Shown piece after piece: positions 58,182 to 64,000 of a DNA stretch of 64,000 nt. Both the position numbers and the translations under genes were made by a program. The stretch comes from Bacillota bacterium (GTDB lineage Bacteria; Bacillota_I; Bacilli_A; RF39; UBA660). Where the stretch lies: the NCBI GenBank assembly GCA_015059375.1, contig SVAN01000002.1, forward strand, positions 27,328-91,327. The letters run 5' to 3'. The notes under the pieces are model-generated. The model had not been told where the DNA came from and made no database searches. It was given only the letters and a program-made list of their open reading frames with translations. Within the stretch, counting starts at the first letter, position 1, and each line of letters starts with the position of its first letter.

Positions 58182-59976
58182 TCTTATATATTATGACATA
58201 GAAGTTTTTTGTCAAGATTGGCTATTTATAGCCAATCTTGATGAACACTTTATTGTAATTCATAATGATAAAGATAAATTAGATAATTTTATAAAGAAAC
58301 ATAAAAATTACTGGTATGTTGGTTATAATAATTATCATTATGATGACTTAATATTAACAGATATTCTTAACGGAAATAATCCGTATTATTTAAGCAAAAT
58401 GATTATTAATAAAACTGAAAATATTAATATTGATGTAATTCCAAATTTTAAAAGTTTAGATTTAATGCAAGATATTCAAAAAGAAAATAGTAATACCTTT
58501 ATGAGTCTAAAGAAGATTATGGGAAATTTAGGATTATCTATTGTCGAAAGTTCAGTCTCTTTTGATATTGATAGACCACTTACAACATTTGAACTTGAAG
58601 AAACAATAAAATATTGTTCTAATGATGTATTAGGAGTAAAAGTATTATATAAATATAGATATAAATATTTTGAAACAAAATTTACACTTATAAATGAGTT
58701 TGATTTACCTATTGAAACAATTAGATTAGATGAAAATAAATTAGTGTCATTAATCTTAAAATGTAAATGGTTTAAGGAGCCAAGAGATTATTTATCTTTT
58801 GATTATTGTAAACAAATCGATTTTAATTTAATTCCAAACGAAGTATTAGATTTTTACGCTGATATAGAATATAAGTATTTTAAGGGTATGGATTATAAAA
58901 AAGCTATTATTAGTGTTGGTAAAAAAGGAAAATTAAATACAAAACTTTTAGGAGTTCAAACCAACTATGGTTTAGGAGGTTTACACGCTTGTTCTAAAGC
59001 ACGAATGTTTGTAAATAATATTATGCAAATAGATGTGAGTTCTTATTACCCAACACTTATGGTTAATAATGAATTTTATAGTCGTTCTTTTACAAAACCA
59101 GAATTATACAAAAGTATTTATAACAAAAGAATGAAATTAAAAGAAGTTGATAAGTTACGTTCCGATGCGTATAAATTAATTTTAAATAAACCTATTGGCT
59201 GTATGCGTAGTGAAATGATTATGAAAGATTTTCATAATGCGAATAATATTATAGTTAATGGGCAGTTGATACTTACTCAATTAGTTATGGAACTTAAAGA
59301 TTATATTATCTTATTACAAATAAATACTGATAGTATTACTTTCAAATATAATAAAAGAAACTACGATAAAATATTAAATATTATCTGTGACTTTGAAAAG
59401 AGGTTTAATCTTAAATTTGATAAAGATAAAGTTAAGTTTTTATACCAGAAAAATGTCAATAATTATTTTTTAATTATGGAAGATAATAAAATGAAATTTA
59501 AAGGACAAGACTTTAAAAATTATGATAAACATGACTTTATTTATTTAAATAATAGTCGAAGTATTATAAGTAAATGTCTAGTTGAATATTATAAGAATAA
59601 AACTCCTATAGAAGAAACAGTTAGAAAATGTTATGACAATGATGAAATAGATAGATTCCAATTAATAGTATCCTATGGAAATAAATATGACAAGTGCTTT
59701 TTAGAATATCAAGGTAAACTTATCGAACAACCACAAAAAGTTAATCGTGTATTTGCAGTGAAAAATAATGAATACGGATTAATTTATAAGTGTAAAAAAG
59801 TCGATAAAGAACAAGATAAAAATACCTTTGAACAAAATGGTTGCTTTTATAAGAAAGAGAAAATGCCTAATTCTTTTGAACACAATTATATATTTAATGA
59901 TGATATATCAAAGTTCGATAAAGCGTTATTAGATTTAGATTATTATATCAAAATTTGCAAGAAGGAGTTAAAGTAA
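58174..59976 (+). CDS. compact family-B DNA polymerase with 3'-5' exonuclease domain
   Basis: ExoI YYDIEVF, ExoII NNYHYDD, ExoIII YCSNDV, motif A DVSSYYPT, motif [10 protein letters not shown], motif C NTDS. Start set at MNNLIYY. Confidence 0.8.
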   Translation: MNNLIYYDIEVFCQDWLFIANLDEHFIVIHNDKDKLDNFIKKHKNYWYVGYNNYHYDDLILTDILNGNNPYYLSKMIINKTENINIDVIPNFKSLDLMQDIQKENSNTFMSLKKIMGNLGLSIVESSVSFDIDRPLTTFELEETIKYCSNDVLGVKVLYKYRYKYFETKFTLINEFDLPIETIRLDENKLVSLILKCKWFKEPRDYLSFDYCKQIDFNLIPNEVLDFYADIEYKYFKGMDYKKAIISVGKKGKLNTKLLGVQTNYGLGGLHACSKARMFVNNIMQIDVSSYYPTLMVNNEFYSRSFTKPELYKSIYNKRMKLKEVDKLRSDAYKLILNKPIGCMRSEMIMKDFHNANNIIVNGQLILTQLVMELKDYIILLQINTDSITFKYNKRNYDKILNIICDFEKRFNLKFDKDKVKFLYQKNVNNYFLIMEDNKMKFKGQDFKNYDKHDFIYLNNSRSIISKCLVEYYKNKTPIEETVRKCYDNDEIDRFQLIVSYGNKYDKCFLEYQGKLIEQPQKVNRVFAVKNNEYGLIYKCKKVDKEQDKNTFEQNGCFYKKEKMPNSFEHNYIFNDDISKFDKALLDLDYYIKICKKELK

Positions 59977-59977
59977 A

Positions 59978-61498
59978 ATGAAAGATTATTATAAAATTTT
60001 AGGAGTAAGTAAAAATGCTAGTGTTGATGAAATAAAAAAAGCATATCGAAAACTAGCAAAAAAGTATCATTCTGATAATAAAGAAACTGGCAATGAAAAA
60101 AAGTTTAAAGAAATCCAAGAAGCATATGATACATTAAATAATGAAGAAAAGCGACAAGCATATGATACATTTTGCAAATCCAATACTAATTATGAGAAAA
60201 CTACAAATGATGATTATAAAAAAGATTTAAATGCTATGTTTAAATCATATGCTGAAGATGATAATTTGTATTTTATAACATACCTTGCTGAATATTTAAG
60301 TAAAACATATTGTTTTAAATTATATAATGGTTTATTATATGTTAAGTTTGATAAAAAGTATATTAATAATGAAAAAGAAATAATACAAAGATTAAATCAA
60401 GATATAAAACTTACTAAAAGACATTTTAAGGAATTGATGTATCAATTAGAATTATACGCAGAAAAAATTACAGACCAAGTTAATAAAATTCGATTAAATA
60501 ATGGAATATTAACTTTAAGTGATAAAGGTATATACGAAGTAATTGAAGATGATGGTAGTTTTTGTCCTTATAATCTAGATGTAGACTATAATGCAGATTT
60601 AACAGATGAAAAGGTAAATAATTTTTTAAATGATGTTAGTTGTAATAATACAGATATACTTAATATGTTAACAGAAATGATAGGCAGTATCTTAATTACT
60701 GAACCTAAATCACAATTTATGTTTTTTATTCACGGCGTTAAAGGTAGAAATGGTAAAAGTACATTTACTTCTGCGTTAAGGGAATTTGTTGGAAAAGATT
60801 TATCTTCAAATGTTAGTATCACAGGTTTTAAGGATGAAACTAAATTAAGTTCTTTGCGAGGTAAGATTCTTAATATTTGTGATGACGCTGACTACGAAAA
60901 AATATATCTAGAACGTTCACAAACACTTAAGTCATTAGCGAGTGGTGAGTTAATAAATTGTCGCCCGATTTATAGACATCCAGTTAGTTTTTTTAATACT
61001 GCAACAATTATTTGTACTACAAATACTATGCCTGAATTTGCAGATAAAAGTGGTGGAACTCGTCGTAGATTAATTATAATTGAATTTAATATGGTTGTAG
61101 ATAAAAATAATAATAATCCAAATTTACTTGATGAATTAACAACTAATACTGCTAAAACAACATTTTTAAATATTGCTATTAAAGGTATGAATAGATTATT
61201 GAATAATAACTATTATATTACCGAAAATGAAACTCTTACTAAAACTTTAGAAGAATATTATCGAAGTAGTGATACAGTTAAGGATTTTATTGATAGTGGT
61301 GCAGAAATCGAAAATCAAATAGTTGCCAATGTATATAACGCTTATGAAACATTTTGTGATAAAGTAATTTGTCGTGAAAAAGAAAGCAAAAATGTTTTCG
61401 GTATGCGCATGAAACAATATGGATATATTTCTAAAGTTGACACAAAAACAAGAGATGATAGAAAAAAAGTTTCTCAAAGAATTTATATAAAAAAGTAA
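59978..61498 (+). CDS. J-domain :: D5_N-like :: SF3 (P4/D5-type) helicase fusion protein
   Basis: N-terminal [31 protein letters not shown]...[19 protein letters not shown]. Walker [11 protein letters not shown], Walker B NICDDAD, motif C ICTTN and RRRLIIIEF. Confidence 0.85.
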   Translation: MKDYYKILGVSKNASVDEIKKAYRKLAKKYHSDNKETGNEKKFKEIQEAYDTLNNEEKRQAYDTFCKSNTNYEKTTNDDYKKDLNAMFKSYAEDDNLYFITYLAEYLSKTYCFKLYNGLLYVKFDKKYINNEKEIIQRLNQDIKLTKRHFKELMYQLELYAEKITDQVNKIRLNNGILTLSDKGIYEVIEDDGSFCPYNLDVDYNADLTDEKVNNFLNDVSCNNTDILNMLTEMIGSILITEPKSQFMFFIHGVKGRNGKSTFTSALREFVGKDLSSNVSITGFKDETKLSSLRGKILNICDDADYEKIYLERSQTLKSLASGELINCRPIYRHPVSFFNTATIICTTNTMPEFADKSGGTRRRLIIIEFNMVVDKNNNNPNLLDELTTNTAKTTFLNIAIKGMNRLLNNNYYITENETLTKTLEEYYRSSDTVKDFIDSGAEIENQIVANVYNAYETFCDKVICREKESKNVFGMRMKQYGYISKVDTKTRDDRKKVSQRIYIKK

Positions 61499-61499
61499 A

Positions 61500-61512
61500 T
61501 GTAAGTTTGTAA
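61500..61512 (+). repeat. TGTAAGTTTGTAA motif, copy 4
   Basis: 13-mer beginning 2 nt after the helicase stop codon. Confidence 0.65.
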
Positions 61513-61583
61513 TACTTATATGTACGATTTAAAAAAAATATTTTATAATATCAAATTAACATAAACTAAGGAGATGATAACTT

Positions 61584-61874
61584 ATGGAAGATATACGAAA
61601 TATGAAAGTTGGAGACTTTTTAGATTTACTGACAACATTGATTAACAATAAACAAGAAAATGATACAGAAAAAAAGTATTTATCTAAAAACGAAGTTTTA
61701 GAGCAATACCCATTATTTACCGAAAGTAGTTTATCTAAAGCTGTTAAATTTCAAGGTTTAGAATATATTAAATCTGGAAGATGTAGATACTATGCAAAAG
61801 ATTCAATAGAAAAATGGCTTGAAAATCAAAAACAAAAAGAAATTTATAATCGATTTGAAGGAATTAAATTTTAG
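61584..61874 (+). CDS. xis: excisionase-family HTH protein
   Basis: Small HTH protein (KYLSKNEVLEQYPLFTESSLSKAVKFQGLEYIKSGR.RYYAKDSIEKWL) immediately upstream of int. Confidence 0.6.
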   Translation: MEDIRNMKVGDFLDLLTTLINNKQENDTEKKYLSKNEVLEQYPLFTESSLSKAVKFQGLEYIKSGRCRYYAKDSIEKWLENQKQKEIYNRFEGIKF

Positions 61875-61894
61875 TTAGAATTGAGGTACTTGTT

Positions 61895-63055
61895 ATGAAT
61901 ACTAAAGATGAAGATATGAAATATATTACAATTTTACCTAATGGTTCAAAAAGAATTAGTGTTAGAATTGGACGAGGTATTGATGGCAAATACCTTTATG
62001 ATACTAAACAATTAGGTAAAGAAGTAGATATAAAAGAAGTAAAAAAACTTCGTGATAAAATGGTAGAAAATAAACAAAATATAAAGAATATAGATGGAAG
62101 TATGTTAGTAGAGACTTTTGCTAAAAAATGGCTAGTTGAAGTTGTTTTAGCACAGTCTCCTAATACTTATGATGATAATTACTCAAAATTAAAACATCAT
62201 ATAATTCCTTATTTTGGTACAAGTAAATTAAAAAATATCACTCAAGATAAAGTTCAAGAATTAGTAAAATATTTAACCACTAAAAAAGCAATGAATAAAA
62301 AAGATTCATTATTAAGCGTCACTACTATAAAACATATAGTAAATGTCTTAAGTTCAATGATGAATTATGCTATAGAATTAAAAATGATTAAAACTAATCC
62401 TTGTCACGATATAAAATACCCAAAAGGAGAAACTTTTGAAAAAGAAGTATATAACGTTGAAGAAATTGGTATTTTAATAAATCATTTAAAACTATTACCA
62501 TCTCAAAATAAAGCTTTGTATATTGTATTATTAACAACTGGATTAAGGCGTGGTGAGTTAATAGGATTACATTGGAAAGACATAGATTTTAAAAATAAAA
62601 CAGTATCTATTAAAAAAGCATATTATAAAACAAAGGTAAGTGGTAAAGTAACAACTAAACCAAAATCTAAATATAGTATTAGAACAGTCGGTTTAAGTGA
62701 TTTAGCTATTGAATGTTTATTAGAATATAAGAAAGAACAAGATATATGGAAGAAAAAATATTCAAGCGAATGGAAATCTCCTAATGTATTTACAGATGTA
62801 TTTGGAAATATTTTAAGTCCTGATGCAGTGTCTAGTAGATGGACAAGACTAGTTAAGAAAATACCTGTTAAAAATATTAGACTACACGATTTAAGAGCAA
62901 GTTATGCAACATATTTAGTTTATAGTGAAACCCCAATAGCAGATATATCTAAAACTATGGGACATTCAAGAATAAGTACAACTGTTGATATGTATGTAAA
63001 AAGTTACGATAAATATTATGAGTCAGCACGAAATAATATTAATAAAATTCGTTGA
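61895..63055 (+). CDS. int: phage-type tyrosine integrase
   Basis: TTGLRRGEL (Arg I), HDLRASYAT (H-x-x-R) and GHSRISTTVDMY (catalytic Tyr), with an N-terminal arm-binding-type extension. Adjacent to the att end. Confidence 0.9.
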   Translation: MNTKDEDMKYITILPNGSKRISVRIGRGIDGKYLYDTKQLGKEVDIKEVKKLRDKMVENKQNIKNIDGSMLVETFAKKWLVEVVLAQSPNTYDDNYSKLKHHIIPYFGTSKLKNITQDKVQELVKYLTTKKAMNKKDSLLSVTTIKHIVNVLSSMMNYAIELKMIKTNPCHDIKYPKGETFEKEVYNVEEIGILINHLKLLPSQNKALYIVLLTTGLRRGELIGLHWKDIDFKNKTVSIKKAYYKTKVSGKVTTKPKSKYSIRTVGLSDLAIECLLEYKKEQDIWKKKYSSEWKSPNVFTDVFGNILSPDAVSSRWTRLVKKIPVKNIRLHDLRASYATYLVYSETPIADISKTMGHSRISTTVDMYVKSYDKYYESARNNINKIR

Positions 63056-63076
63056 TACGTTTTATTGATACGTTTT
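63053..63076 (+). repeat. tandem GATACGTTTT repeat, copy overlapping the int stop codon
   Basis: tGATACGTTTTATTGATACGTTTT. Confidence 0.6.
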
Positions 63077-63093
63077 AGTAAAATTGACATTAA

Positions 63094-63129
63094 AAAAGGA
63101 ACTCTAAATGCTAGAATTCCTTTTATTTT
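63094..63129. terminator. bidirectional terminator between int and the element tRNA-Cys
   Basis: aaaaggaa / ttcctttt stem with T-runs on both strands. Confidence 0.5.
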
Positions 63130-63133
63130 CTTA

Positions 63134-63207
63134 TGGAGGAGCCAGTCGGATTTGAACCGACGATGGAGGTGTTGCAGACCTGTGCCTTACCACTTGGCTA
63201 TGGCTCC
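63134..63207 (-). tRNA. intact tRNA-Cys (anticodon GCA) carried inside the element
   Basis: GGAGCCA-TA-GCCAAGTGGTAAGGC-A-CAGGT-CTGCAAC-ACCTC-CATC-GTCGG-TTCAAAT-CCGAC-TGGCTCC-T-CCA. Confidence 0.95.
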
Positions 63208-63220
63208 ATTTTTTGATAAC

Positions 63221-63243
63221 TGATACGTTTTTGATACGTTTTT
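63221..63243 (+). repeat. tandem GATACGTTTTT repeat, right arm
   Basis: tGATACGTTTTTGATACGTTTTT, preceded by the half-copy GATAAC. About 80 bp inside the att core. Confidence 0.6.
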
Positions 63244-63323
63244 AATAATTTTATTAAATTTTTATTTAATCATTCCTTTAATTACGAGGGTTTGCAACGC
63301 ATTTATACTTAAGAGTACGAGGC

Positions 63324-63360
63324 GTTGCAGACCCACGCCTTACCACTTGGCTATGGTTCC
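63324..63360 (-). pseudogene. 5' half of the disrupted tRNA-Cys (positions 1-37), other att junction
   Basis: The minus strand reads GGAACCA-TA-GCCAAGTGGTAAGGC-G-TGGGT-CTGCAAC, followed by non-tRNA sequence. Confidence 0.8.
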
Positions 63361-63429
63361 ATAATACATTATATGCTTTTTCAAGCAATATAATTGTATT
63401 ATATTTTCTTTAGACTGTCAACTTTTATA

Positions 63430-63999
63430 CTAATTATTAACCTTCAAATTAACAAAGTAACGCTTGTTTCTAACTGTAATCACTGCCTGAATTATACTAG
63501 CGTCTTCAATTTCAGCAGGGACTTCAAAGGCCATAAAATTTGTAACTTGTTGAGGCGTAACATTGATACTTTTATCAGAATACGTGGAATCACCAATCTT
63601 ATATTGAATGTTAACAAAATTTTCAGCAAATAACTGCAATGACGTATATGACCTACCATACAGAGTATTAGGATCATGTTTATATTCAACTGGCAAAACC
63701 AAAATTTTATTTTTATATCTTTCACTAGTTATAGGAACTGTAACAGCGCCACTATAGTTTTGACACTGGCCACTTGAAGTACAAGCTTCATATAAATAAA
63801 TATACTTTTTTTCAATTGTGTAATTATTAATCGTTAATTTAGTATATCCAATATAAGTATCATCTAAACTAATGCTCTGATTAATAGAATAATTGCCTAC
63901 TATTGACATTTCTGGTATTAGCAAAGGGTTTATCTTCACAAAAATGTTACGATCATTGTATTTTCCATCATTGTATACACTACCATTATATATTTTCAA
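63430..63999 (-). CDS. hypothetical protein, 5'-truncated by the window edge
   Basis: The ORF runs to the window end. The track start is only an edge TTG. No motif recognised. Confidence 0.45.
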   Translation of the reverse strand: MKIYNGSVYNDGKYNDRNIFVKINPLLIPEMSIVGNYSINQSISLDDTYIGYTKLTINNYTIEKKYIYLYEACTSSGQCQNYSGAVTVPITSERYKNKILVLPVEYKHDPNTLYGRSYTSLQLFAENFVNIQYKIGDSTYSDKSINVTPQQVTNFMAFEVPAEIEDASIIQAVITVRNKRYFVNLKVNN

Positions 64000-64000
64000 T

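Larger units (their letters stand above)
47369..63323. mobile_element. ~16 kb integrative element inserted in the tRNA-Cys anticodon loop, encoding its own PolB-based replication module
   Basis: Bounded by complementary tRNA-Cys halves sharing CTGCAAC. The integrase and Xis sit at one end and the XRE repressor at the other. Arm-type repeats lie near both ends. No capsid, terminase, tail, lysis, relaxase or T4SS genes. Confidence 0.8.

Noticed and set aside
47369-63323. Ordinary temperate prophage or PICI-type satellite
   Set aside because: No recognisable capsid, portal, terminase (large or small), tail or lysis genes are present, and none of the hypothetical ORFs has the size or composition expected for them. 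Remote homology cannot be excluded without HMM searches.
63394-63725. 79 aa and 77 aa ORFs overlapping the 3' end of the 63430-63999 gene
   Set aside because: They are alternative frames of the longer ORF, with no independent support.
1-64000. CRISPR arrays, rRNA genes, IS or transposase genes, alternative genetic code (TGA=Trp)
   Set aside because: I saw no regularly spaced direct repeats, no rRNA-like conserved stretches and no DDE or transposase-like ORFs. Long ORFs terminate normally at TGA (for example int), so the standard code applies.

Overview
AT-rich chromosomal window using the standard genetic code. It most likely comes from an anaerobic, spore-forming low-GC Firmicute: it carries murE, an [FeFe]-hydrogenase, a class III RNR operon, a SleB-like cortex hydrolase and a LysM amidase. 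Four regions depart from housekeeping content. (1) 47.37-63.32 kb is a ~16 kb integrative element inserted in the anticodon loop of a tRNA-Cys gene, whose two complementary halves lie at 47325-47368 and 63324-63360. The element carries its own intact tRNA-Cys, a terminal phage-type integrase with Xis, an internal Xer-like recombinase and an XRE repressor. It also has a self-contained replication module: a compact family-B DNA polymerase, a J-domain::SF3 helicase fusion, a P-loop-less DnaA domain-III mini-protein, a wHTH Rep-like protein and small OB-fold proteins. It has no virion or conjugation genes, and I consider it the most interesting system here, pipolin-like or self-synthesizing in character. 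(2) 14.3-26.0 kb is a Gram-positive type IV secretion module (T4CP, VirB4 split into two ORFs, VirB6-like, PrgI-like, M23/lysozyme hydrolase) with no relaxase or integrase nearby. (3) 34.2-35.3 kb holds a ~540 nt GC-enriched, ORF-free, terminator-ended structured RNA directly upstream of a DUF21-like 4-TM protein with a DxxxD motif. My best guess is OLE RNA plus OapA. (4) The nrd cluster has a NrdD::glutaredoxin-like fusion next to TrxB, plus an ATP-cone NrdD paralog lacking the catalytic Cys loop and the glycyl-radical domain. A decayed tRNA-Gly-flanked mini-island and several repeat families are also noted. All calls come from motif reading by eye; no searches were run.
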